A DNA stretch of 32,638 nucleotides from Candidatus Eiseniibacteriota bacterium (GCA_043809585.1 JBDROZ010000043.1:1-32638), one strand, 5' to 3'. Shown: positions 7,896 through 16,074, numbered from the stretch's first letter. Made by a program: numbers and translations. Notes: a model not told the origin generated them from the sequence alone.

Positions 7896-10800
7896 GTGCG
7901 CCACCTGATTTCCGCGGCCGTCGCCGCCCTCTTTCTCGTCCCCTCCCTCTCCCCCGGCGGGACGCCGTCGCCGGAGGATTGGCGGGACCAGTCGATTTAC
8001 CAGATCATGACCGACCGGTTCTTCGACGGCGACCCCTCGAACAACGCCGTGGAGGGGAACTACGACCCGAACGACGGCTACAAGATCCACGGCGGCGATT
8101 GGGCGGGCATCGAGGCGAAACTGGACTACATCCGCGGACTCGGCATGACGGCACTCTGGATCTCGCCGGTCCAGAAGAACGCCTACGCCGACTACCACGG
8201 CTACTCGATTCAGAACTTCTACGAGATGGCCCCCCACTTCGGCGGGATGGCGGACCTCCGCTCCCTCGTCGACACGCTGCACGCCTCGGGCATGTACATG
8301 ATCCTCGACGTGATCGCGAACCACGGCGCGAATCTGATCGACTCGGCCGACCCGGACTGGCCCGCCTATCACGACCCGGGGGACTACACGCTCCGGTGGA
8401 CGAACCCGTCGAAGAGGCACGCCCCCCCCTTCGACGATCTCTCGCTCTTCCACAACCATGGGCACATCGGCGACTACAGCGACCCGGAGCAGATCCTCGG
8501 CGAGCTTTGGGGGCTCGACGACTTCGCCACCGAACTGCCCGCGGTCCGGGGCGCGCTGATCGAGGCGCACCGGTGGCTCATCGACACGGTCGACGCCGAC
8601 GGCTTCCGCATCGACACGGTGAAGCACGTGGAGCTCGACTTCTGGCAGGAGTGGGGACCGGCGATCACGGCGTACACCGACTCGATCGGGAAGGCCGGCT
8701 TCTTCCAGTTCGGCGAGATTTTCGACGGGTCGAGCTGGAAGAACGGCATCTACACGGGGACCCAGGCGGGCGGGCCTTTCGCTCTCGAGTCGACCCTTTG
8801 GTACCCGATGTTCTTCGCGTCCGGGTGGGTCTTCAAGGACGGCGGGCCGACGGAGGCCCTCGACTGGGTGTACGGCGACTCGACCTACTACGACCCGACC
8901 GCGCGGAATCGTCTCGTGAAGTTTCTGGACAACCACGACAACGCGCGCTTCATGGGATTCGGGTCCGCCGCGGACCGGGACGAGGCGAAGGCGATGGTCG
9001 CACAGGCGTGGATGTACTCCTCCCTCGGCGTCCCCTGCATCTACTACGGGTCGGAACAGGAATTCGACGGGGGCGGCGACCCGTGGGACCGGGAGGACAT
9101 GTGGGACGGGGGGTGGGACTTCGGCCCGTCCGAGGGGGACAACTTCGACCAGGCCGCCCCCCTCTACCGGCGGATCCGGCGGATGAACGAGATGCGCCGC
9201 CAGCTCCCGGCCCTCCGGCGGGGGGCGCAGCGGCGGCTCGCGGGCGCGCCCGGTCCGGGCCTCTACGCTTACGTGCGGACAATGGCGGGGGAGTCGCCGG
9301 TGGTGGTCGCCTTCAACACGAAGAAGGAGGCGGACACGCTCGCCGTCCCGACGGGCCTCCCCGCCGGAACCGCGTACGATCTTCTCTCGGAGCGTACGGT
9401 GACCGTCCTTCCGGGCGGCGCCGTCCACGTCGTCGTCGGCGGGATGTCCGCGGTGTGGCTCGCGCCGGAACCGCCCGATCCCGCCCCATGGGTGGAGCGG
9501 ACATGGCCCGCCCACGACGGCGTCTTCCCGGGGCTCCGAGGCCGGATCGAGATCGCCTTCACGGAGCCTATGGACGAAGCGTCGGTCGAATCGAACATCA
9601 CCGCCCTTCCCCCCTTCGCCTACGGCGCCTCATGGACGGGCAACACGCTCGTGCTCTTTCCGGACGCCGACCTCGCCGACCAGACGACCTACACGGTGAA
9701 GATCGGATCCCCCGCGGCGGCGGCGGACGGAGACCCCCTCGGCGCGTCGTTCACCTTCTTCTTCCGCGTCGACGGAGGGGCGGCCCCGGTCGCCGTCCCC
9801 ACCGGATACCTCGCCGCGGCGATCCCGGGGGACGACCTTAGGACCCCCCTCTCCCTCGCCGCGGACGGCGGCGGGCGGCTCTTCCTCGGCGACACGGGGT
9901 GGGACCGGATCTACCGCACCAACGACACATGGAAGGTCGAGACGGCCGTGGCCGACTCTCTCGTCAAGAGACCGAACGGGATCGCCTTTGACCGGGAGGA
10001 GGGGCTCTTCGGCGGCGACCTCCTGATCTCCGACTCGGGGGGGCTTCTCCGGGTTGCGGGGGAGGGGGACGACGGGGGACTCGTCCGGAAGATCGCCGCC
10101 TGGCCGGGCGGGGGGACGACGTGGGCCCTCGCCGTCGACCGGGCGGGCGGATTCGGCGGGAGGGCGTATGTCGGTTCCCCCTCTTCCTCCTCCCTCTACG
10201 CGGTCGACGGAAACGGAACCGTTTCGGTCTTCGCCGGCGGTCTCGGCTCGGTGACCGGCCTCGCCTTCTCCGAGGGGGGGCCCTTCGGCGAATTCCTCTA
10301 CGCCGCGGACGGGAGCGGGTCGGTCCGGCGGATCGACGCCTCGGGCGTCGTCACCACCTTCACGAACGACGGAACTCTCCTCGGCGGCGCGGCGGCCCTC
10401 GCCTTCGACGGGACCGGGCTCTTCGGCGGGGACCTCTTCGCCGTGAACCCGACCCGGCAGGAGATCGTGCGCATCGAGCCCACGGGCGCGGTCTCCTCCT
10501 TCGCCTCCGGGTTCGGGTCCCTCTCGGGCCCGGGCGGCCTCGCCTTCGCCGGGCTCGGCGATCTCTATGCCGTCGAGACGGGCGCGACGGGAAGCCCCCG
10601 GATCGTCAAGATCGCCGCCGCCGATGCGGACACGGGGGTCCCCGGCAGTGATCCGGCGCCCCCTCCGACGCACCGTTTCCTTCTGGGGGGCAACCGGCCG
10701 AACCCGTTCAACCCGGAGACGGCGATCTCCTTCGAGCTCCCGAAGCCGGGGCGGGCGCTCCTTACGATCCACGACATCCGGGGGGCCCTCATCCGCACGC

Positions 10801-10949
10801 TCGTGGACGCCGACCTCGGGGACGGCCCCCACGAGAAGACATGGGACGGCACGAACGACGAAGGGCGCGGCGCCGCCTCGGGAATCTACTTCTCGCGCCT
10901 CCGCTACAAGGGGCTGGAAGAGACGAAGCGGATGGTCCTCCTCCGGTAG
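7896..10949 (+). CDS. Secreted GH13 alpha-amylase family glycosidase with Ig-like (Big_5), beta-propeller and FlgD-Ig C-terminal domains
   Basis: Probable GTG start at 7896 after AAGGAG, with a signal peptide. IYQIMTDRF.DGD, YHGY, ILDVIANH, catalytic DGFRIDTVKH, GEIF, FLDNHD; FTEPMD..SV Ig domain; NRPNPFNPET...SGIYF..KRMVLLR C-terminal domain. Confidence 0.93.
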   Translation: MRHLISAAVAALFLVPSLSPGGTPSPEDWRDQSIYQIMTDRFFDGDPSNNAVEGNYDPNDGYKIHGGDWAGIEAKLDYIRGLGMTALWISPVQKNAYADYHGYSIQNFYEMAPHFGGMADLRSLVDTLHASGMYMILDVIANHGANLIDSADPDWPAYHDPGDYTLRWTNPSKRHAPPFDDLSLFHNHGHIGDYSDPEQILGELWGLDDFATELPAVRGALIEAHRWLIDTVDADGFRIDTVKHVELDFWQEWGPAITAYTDSIGKAGFFQFGEIFDGSSWKNGIYTGTQAGGPFALESTLWYPMFFASGWVFKDGGPTEALDWVYGDSTYYDPTARNRLVKFLDNHDNARFMGFGSAADRDEAKAMVAQAWMYSSLGVPCIYYGSEQEFDGGGDPWDREDMWDGGWDFGPSEGDNFDQAAPLYRRIRRMNEMRRQLPALRRGAQRRLAGAPGPGLYAYVRTMAGESPVVVAFNTKKEADTLAVPTGLPAGTAYDLLSERTVTVLPGGAVHVVVGGMSAVWLAPEPPDPAPWVERTWPAHDGVFPGLRGRIEIAFTEPMDEASVESNITALPPFAYGASWTGNTLVLFPDADLADQTTYTVKIGSPAAAADGDPLGASFTFFFRVDGGAAPVAVPTGYLAAAIPGDDLRTPLSLAADGGGRLFLGDTGWDRIYRTNDTWKVETAVADSLVKRPNGIAFDREEGLFGGDLLISDSGGLLRVAGEGDDGGLVRKIAAWPGGGTTWALAVDRAGGFGGRAYVGSPSSSSLYAVDGNGTVSVFAGGLGSVTGLAFSEGGPFGEFLYAADGSGSVRRIDASGVVTTFTNDGTLLGGAAALAFDGTGLFGGDLFAVNPTRQEIVRIEPTGAVSSFASGFGSLSGPGGLAFAGLGDLYAVETGATGSPRIVKIAAADADTGVPGSDPAPPPTHRFLLGGNRPNPFNPETAISFELPKPGRALLTIHDIRGALIRTLVDADLGDGPHEKTWDGTNDEGRGAASGIYFSRLRYKGLEETKRMVLLR

Positions 10950-11012
10950 GGAACGGCTAGTCAAGCCCTCTTTCCGGGCCTCGGGTGCAGGATCCGGGGC
11001 CGTTTCCTCTGG

Positions 11013-11052
11013 TTAATTATTGTTGACATTGTCCGGGCGGACCTGATATAGT
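11013..11052 (+). promoter_or_regulatory. Strong sigma70-type promoter for the Cys-repeat/radical SAM locus
   Basis: AT-rich UP-like element TTAATTATTG, perfect TTGACA (11023-11028), 18 nt, TG-n-TATAGT (11044-11052). Confidence 0.75.
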
Positions 11053-11166
11053 TTCCTGGTCGAATACATCATCGTGCTTCATCACTCGCATCCAGACGCG
11101 CCTTACGGACGATCGGGTCTTTTCTACGCTCCGACTGCCCTCCACCCCCGGACACCAGGAGGGAGC

Positions 11167-11346
11167 ATGTTTTCGCGCTCGAGACCCCGGACCGACAACT
11201 CCCTCGCGCGGGCGTCCTTCGCCATGCCGGAGGCGCAACCCCCGACCACGCATCTTCCCCATTCGATTCACGCCAATACCGGCCGGTCGCGGCCGTTCCG
11301 ATTCATGCGGCACAACGCAAATTCGACGGGAGGGCTTGTTCCATGA
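11167..11346 (+). CDS. Putative 59-aa small ORF translationally coupled to the Cys-repeat gene
   Basis: SD AGGAGG at 11157-11162, ATG at 11167, high GC3 over the first ~20 codons; its TGA overlaps the next ATG (ATGA, 11343-11346). Confidence 0.4.
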   Translation: MFSRSRPRTDNSLARASFAMPEAQPPTTHLPHSIHANTGRSRPFRFMRHNANSTGGLVP

Positions 11347-12416
11347 AGCGTCGCGGGTTTATTCGATTCCTGCCCCTCTGGGCCATCGGAGGCTCCGTGG
11401 CGATGCGGTCTCTCGCCGCGAGCCTCATCGGGCTGCTCTTCTCGAAGAAGGGAGAGTCGGCCGGGCCGGAGCACATCCGGATGATCGGCGGGGAAGATCA
11501 GAACGTCGCCTCTGAAAAGACGAAGTGCCGCTCCACGGAGATGACGGGAGAGATCCCCCACGGATGCAGCAGCCCGGAGTACATCGCGAGCGGCGACAGC
11601 TGCACCGACACGATCCAGAAGAACCTGTGCGAGAGCCCGATCCAGATCGAGAACTGCCAGACCCGGGAGCAGGCCGAGCGGTGCGTAAGCGAGAACCAGA
11701 TCAACCGGTGCTACAACACCACACAGCACAACAACTGCACGATCGAGTCGCAGTGGAACCGCTGTGAGAACCAGGCCCTGTACGATCAGTGCACCTCCAC
11801 GAAGCAGATGATGGAGAAGTGCACGACCCCGGAGCAGCACAACCTGTGCACGACGGAGCGCCAGTACAACAACTGCGAGAGCGTCGAAAATAAGAACAAG
11901 TGCAGCTCCGTCGCCCAGCTCGAACAGTGCAGCACGGACAAACAGAAGAACAACTGCAAGAGCCCCGTGCAGGTCGACAACTGTCAGAACTCCACGCAGA
12001 TCAGGAAGTGCGAGACCACCGCCCAGTGGGAACAGTGCACGAGCGCGAAGAACAAGAACATGTGCGACTCGCCCACCCAGTACAACAACTGCAGCAGCAC
12101 CGAGCACCTCGACCAGTGCTCCAACGATACGTCCAAACTGAAATGCAAGAGCACCGCGCAGATCAACAACTGCCCGAATCCGAGCCGGATCGACGAGTGC
12201 AAGAACGACACGAACGTCGGCCAGTGCACGAGCAAGAACCTGCTCAAGAAGGTCAACAAGTGCACGACTCCGGCCCTGGGCGAGTCATGCACGAACTTCA
12301 ACGCGAAGGACTCCTGCACGAGCGCAACGCAGATCATGGGATGCGTCACGGGCGTGCAGATCAAGACGATCCGGGGGAATTGCAGCAGCAGGCTGCAGAA
12401 GCAGTACTCGGGATAG
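11343..12416 (+). CDS. Twin-arginine Cys-rich repeat protein (31 Cys, 9-residue period); putative radical SAM substrate/RiPP-like precursor
   Basis: SD GGGAGG. N-terminus KRRGFI plus a hydrophobic stretch. 25 of 30 Cys-Cys spacers are exactly 8 aa; high GC3; directly upstream of an rSAM/SPASM gene. Confidence 0.85.
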   Translation: MKRRGFIRFLPLWAIGGSVAMRSLAASLIGLLFSKKGESAGPEHIRMIGGEDQNVASEKTKCRSTEMTGEIPHGCSSPEYIASGDSCTDTIQKNLCESPIQIENCQTREQAERCVSENQINRCYNTTQHNNCTIESQWNRCENQALYDQCTSTKQMMEKCTTPEQHNLCTTERQYNNCESVENKNKCSSVAQLEQCSTDKQKNNCKSPVQVDNCQNSTQIRKCETTAQWEQCTSAKNKNMCDSPTQYNNCSSTEHLDQCSNDTSKLKCKSTAQINNCPNPSRIDECKNDTNVGQCTSKNLLKKVNKCTTPALGESCTNFNAKDSCTSATQIMGCVTGVQIKTIRGNCSSRLQKQYSG

Positions 12417-12452
12417 CCGCCCCCGCCTGGCGCGGCGCGCATGAGGAGACGC

Positions 12453-13943
12453 ATGATCGAACCGGCACGACGGGAATCGGAAACCCCTCCGGTCGGGAAG
12501 GAACCCGCCGGGGGGGCGAAAGGACCCTCCCTCCATTTCTTCGAGGTCGAGGGAGCGCGCCACGTGTTCGACCCCGAGAGCGGCCGCTTCTTCCGGATCG
12601 ACGAGGCGGCGGAGCTCGCCATCCGTCTCTTCCAGGAGCGCGCCCCGGAAGAGGAGATCCGGAGACGGCTCTCGGATGCTTTTCCGCCGGGCCCGGCGGA
12701 AAGCGCGCTCCGGGAAGTGTCCGATCTCGTGGCGAAGGGACTCCTCTGCGCGAGGCGGCAAGAACCGGAAGAGAAGCCCGCGCGGGGGGCGGTCAAACCC
12801 CGCATGGTGTCGGTCACTCTCAACGTGGTCTCCTCCTGCAACCTCTCCTGCATCTACTGCTGGAACAAGGGGGGCACCTACGGGAGGACGACGCGGGAGA
12901 AGCGGATGACCGCGGAGACGGCGATCCGCGCGATCGACCTCGCGGTCCTGAACTCCTTGGAGACCGACCAGATCCTCATCGACTTTTACGGCGGAGAGCT
13001 GCTTCTTAACTTCGAGGTGCTCCGGGCCGCCATGGAGCACTGCGAGAAGATCTCGAAGGAGACGAAGCGGACCTTCTCGTACAAAGTGACGACCAACGGG
13101 ACCCTTCTGACCGAAGAGATGGTCGCCTTCTTCGACAGGATGGGCGTCTCCCTCGGGGTCAGCATCGACGGGACGAAGAAGATCCACGACCGGAACCGGC
13201 CCTTCCCTGACGGCAAGGGGACGTGGAAGGAGATCCAGAAGAACATCAGGGCGGCGGTGGAGGCGGGGAACATCCACGTCTCCGCCCGGGCGACCCTCGT
13301 CCCCCCCGACCTCGACATGGTGAAGGCGCTGAAGGGACTCTTCCGCCTCGGCTTCCGGGACACGGAGATCGAGTTCGCCTCCGAGCCGTGCGAGCTCTTC
13401 AACCCGAACGGCACGGTGAAATTCAGCGACGCCGACATCGACAGAATGAAAGAGGAGTACCTGAAGTTCGCCAAGTTCTACCTGGGCTACGCCCTTCACG
13501 GGGACGAGGCGATCGACGTGGGGATCAGCAACAACCTGACGCGGGTCCTCCACGAAAGCCACCGCTTTTCCCCCTGCGGGGCGGGGAGCAATTTCGCCTG
13601 CGTCACCGAGGAGGGGAACCTCTACCCGTGCATGGGATTCATCGGGATGCCGGGCTACAAGCTGGGAACCGTGGAGTCGGGGTTCGACATCGAGAAGCTC
13701 GAGTCCTTCCGGCACGACATGAGAACCGTGGTCTTCGAGGCGGAGGAGTGCGACGGCTGCTGGGCCCGCTACGTCTGCGCCGGCAACTGCCCCGCCAACA
13801 ACGTGCAGTACAACCAGAAGATCTTCGAGCCCCACAAGCGGAGCTGCGACTGGCTGAAGTTTCAGCTCGAGACGGCCATGTGGGTCGCGTCGGAGCTGCA
13901 GAGGAAGAAACCGGACCGGCTCGCGGGATACGAGCCGGCCTGA
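12453..13943 (+). CDS. Radical SAM/SPASM peptide maturase with an N-terminal RRE (PqqD-like) domain; CteB/QhpD/anSME-like
   Basis: CNLSCIYC (CX3CX2C), FYGGEL, TTNGTLL, VSIDG...HDRNR; SPASM C-x12-G-x4-C ... CX2CX5CX3C-x18-C; N-terminal FFEVEGARHVFDPESGRFFRIDE followed by helices. ATG 12453 has SD GAGGAG; 12441 is an alternative start. Confidence 0.93.
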   Translation: MIEPARRESETPPVGKEPAGGAKGPSLHFFEVEGARHVFDPESGRFFRIDEAAELAIRLFQERAPEEEIRRRLSDAFPPGPAESALREVSDLVAKGLLCARRQEPEEKPARGAVKPRMVSVTLNVVSSCNLSCIYCWNKGGTYGRTTREKRMTAETAIRAIDLAVLNSLETDQILIDFYGGELLLNFEVLRAAMEHCEKISKETKRTFSYKVTTNGTLLTEEMVAFFDRMGVSLGVSIDGTKKIHDRNRPFPDGKGTWKEIQKNIRAAVEAGNIHVSARATLVPPDLDMVKALKGLFRLGFRDTEIEFASEPCELFNPNGTVKFSDADIDRMKEEYLKFAKFYLGYALHGDEAIDVGISNNLTRVLHESHRFSPCGAGSNFACVTEEGNLYPCMGFIGMPGYKLGTVESGFDIEKLESFRHDMRTVVFEAEECDGCWARYVCAGNCPANNVQYNQKIFEPHKRSCDWLKFQLETAMWVASELQRKKPDRLAGYEPA

Positions 13944-14000
13944 CCGGGAACCGGGGAATAAGAGAACGGGAGCGCCCGAGGCTCCGAAGGGGTGGATGCC

Positions 14001-15911
14001 ATGAATGGGAATCGCGTAACGAACCGGAGAAGGGGCCGGGGGGAGCCCGATCCGCGGTTCCGCGGCTCTCGGCTCGGAGCCGTGCTCTTCTCGTGCGCCC
14101 TCGCGGCGGTCCTGCTCGCTCCGGGTTCCGCCCGGTGCATCGCCGATCTCACGGTGATGCAGGGCTTCCACGAGCCGATCGCGGAAGCGGGCGGAGAGTT
14201 CCTGATGGACTTCCAGGTCCTGAACCTCGGTCCCGATTCCACGTCGATCAGCGGCATCTCGAACTACGTCTTCCTCTGGGACCCGGCCCTGGAGGATCCC
14301 CTGGCTCAGCTCAGCCCCGTGACCGGCCACAATGTCCATATCTGGCGATCCCTCGCGCCGGGCGAGATCGTCCTGGTCGGCCCCTTCACGGTGACGATCC
14401 CCTGGGACACGCCGCTCGACACGGTCGTCACGGTGGCGATCGCCACGGACTGGCTCGACTTCGAGGTGGAGCCGAACGAGACGAACAACATGGTCATGTT
14501 CGACGTCCCCGTCGAACCCCTCACGATGAGTCTCGGTCCCGGGGGCGCCTCGTTTTGCGACACCCTCGGGGAACCCGGAGCGGTCCATCGATATCAATTC
14601 TCGGGTACGCCGGGGCAGATGGTCTTTGCCGAGACTTTCGGTGAAGGTCTCCAGTCCTTCCTCGATCTTTACTCCCCCTCCTCCGGGGAGGGCCTCGCGG
14701 GGGACGGCGACATCGAAGAGATCGGGGAGAGGAGCCGGATCAGCTACATCGATCTCCCCCTCCCGGAACAGTACCGCATCGCCCTCGGGGGGAGGGGTGA
14801 TGCCGGCGGTCCGTACTGCCTGCTCCTGCAGGAGGGTCTGCCCGAGCTCGAGCCGAACGACGACTTCGGTTCGGCGGGCCTCCTTCCGATCGGCCATGTG
14901 GCCTACGGGACCCTCGGCTATCCGGGGGACGCCGACTACTACATGATTCAGGCTCCGCCCGGCCGGATCGTCACGATCGACGTGGACGCCGACGAGGCGC
15001 TCGAGGCTCTTCCCGACTCGACGCTCGATCCCCAGATCGCCATCTTCGGCCCGGGCAGCGAACCGTTCGAGGTCGTCGACGACACCTACGAGTACGACCC
15101 CCACTTCTCCTTCGTCATTCCCGATCCGGGTCCTTACTTCTTCAAGATCGAGGGCCCGCCGGGAGACGGCGTGGGAGGCGGATACCCCGAACATGGTTAC
15201 GTGGTGCGGCTCCGGGACGACGGACCGGCCACCCAGGATCTCCTGGCGGAGAACGTTACGCCCGCCGGGGAACCGTGGTACATGGACTGCCCCATGCAGC
15301 TCGACTTCACGGTGACCAACGTCGGCGGGAACCGCACCTACGCCGGGGTTGTGACGGTGACGATCGTTCTCTCGAACGACCCGCTCCTCGATCCTCTCGA
15401 CACGCTCCTCGCGGTGGGCGACTTCCTCGGAGACCTGGAGGCGGGGGAGACCACGAGCCGGACCGTCTTCGTCACGGTTCCGCCCGAGTGGAACGAATCG
15501 GCGGCTTACGTCGGCATCGTCGTCGATCCGACGGAGAGCGAGGTGGAGACGGATGAGACGAACAACTCCCTCCTCGTCCCGGTCCTCATCGATCCCTCGC
15601 AGATCGGAACCGGAACAAGCGGCGCGGTTCCCTCCGTGAACGCCCTCCATCCCAACCGGCCGAACCCGTTCAATCCGGCGACGGGCATCGGCTTCTCGCT
15701 GGAGAGACCGTCGAGGGCCGTCGTGAGGATCTTCGACACGGCGGGCCGCGAGGTTCGAACCCTGGTCGACGCGGACCTCCCCGCCGGTCCCCACTCGGTC
15801 TCCTGGGACGGCAGGAACGACCGGGGCCAGGAGGTCTCCACGGGAATCTACTTCTATCGGCTGGAAGCGGGCGACTTCCGGAGCACCCACAAGATGGCGC
15901 TTCTTCGCTGA
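14001..15911 (+). CDS. Secreted multidomain protein: CARDB - PPC-like - PPC-like - CARDB - FlgD-Ig C-terminal domain
   Basis: Signal peptide (LGAVLFSCALAAVLLAPGSARC); two DL..V...E.[ND]ETNN CARDB-type motifs; ELEPNDD..A...GD.DYY PPC motif; NRPNPFNP.T...TGIYFYRL..HKMALLR C-terminus. No catalytic motif seen. Start is 14001 or 13992. Confidence 0.8.
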   Translation: MNGNRVTNRRRGRGEPDPRFRGSRLGAVLFSCALAAVLLAPGSARCIADLTVMQGFHEPIAEAGGEFLMDFQVLNLGPDSTSISGISNYVFLWDPALEDPLAQLSPVTGHNVHIWRSLAPGEIVLVGPFTVTIPWDTPLDTVVTVAIATDWLDFEVEPNETNNMVMFDVPVEPLTMSLGPGGASFCDTLGEPGAVHRYQFSGTPGQMVFAETFGEGLQSFLDLYSPSSGEGLAGDGDIEEIGERSRISYIDLPLPEQYRIALGGRGDAGGPYCLLLQEGLPELEPNDDFGSAGLLPIGHVAYGTLGYPGDADYYMIQAPPGRIVTIDVDADEALEALPDSTLDPQIAIFGPGSEPFEVVDDTYEYDPHFSFVIPDPGPYFFKIEGPPGDGVGGGYPEHGYVVRLRDDGPATQDLLAENVTPAGEPWYMDCPMQLDFTVTNVGGNRTYAGVVTVTIVLSNDPLLDPLDTLLAVGDFLGDLEAGETTSRTVFVTVPPEWNESAAYVGIVVDPTESEVETDETNNSLLVPVLIDPSQIGTGTSGAVPSVNALHPNRPNPFNPATGIGFSLERPSRAVVRIFDTAGREVRTLVDADLPAGPHSVSWDGRNDRGQEVSTGIYFYRLEAGDFRSTHKMALLR

Positions 15912-15921
15912 TCGGAAACGG

Positions 15922-16074
15922 CCATTCCGGGTTCTCTTTCCGGGGGCCTTTGGGGGACACAATACCGAATAGGTGATTCGGGGGACACAATACCGAATCG
16001 GAGTTCCGTATTGTGTCCCCCCGCCCAGGAGTTCCGTATTGTGTCCCCCCGCCCATTCCGGGTTCTCTTTCCGG
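15922..16074. repeat. Nested REP-like palindrome cluster flanked by a 22-bp direct repeat
   Basis: CCATTCCGGGTTCTCTTTCCGG at 15922-15943 and 16053-16074. GGGGGACACAATACCGAAT at 15952 and 15980. GGAGTTCCGTATTGTGTCCCCCCGCCCA in tandem at 16000 and 16028. 14-bp inverted arms GGGGGACACAATAC/GTATTGTGTCCCCC. Confidence 0.9.

Noticed and set aside
11526-12383. 27-nt periodic DNA and lower GC as a CRISPR/tandem array or sign of horizontal transfer
   Set aside because: Only the TGC codon and a few positions recur. The skew follows the Cys/Asn/Gln/Lys/Thr content, and third positions remain G/C-rich.
12285-15962. Very long antisense and alternate-frame ORFs (1225 aa here; also 19498-23214, 28022-30532, 398-1981 and others)
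   Set aside because: Shadow ORFs typical of high-GC coding DNA; they have no motifs and overlap well-supported genes.
15952-16055. Mini-CRISPR array
   Set aside because: Units are inverted and directly tandem, with no 30-40-nt unique spacers and no cas genes.
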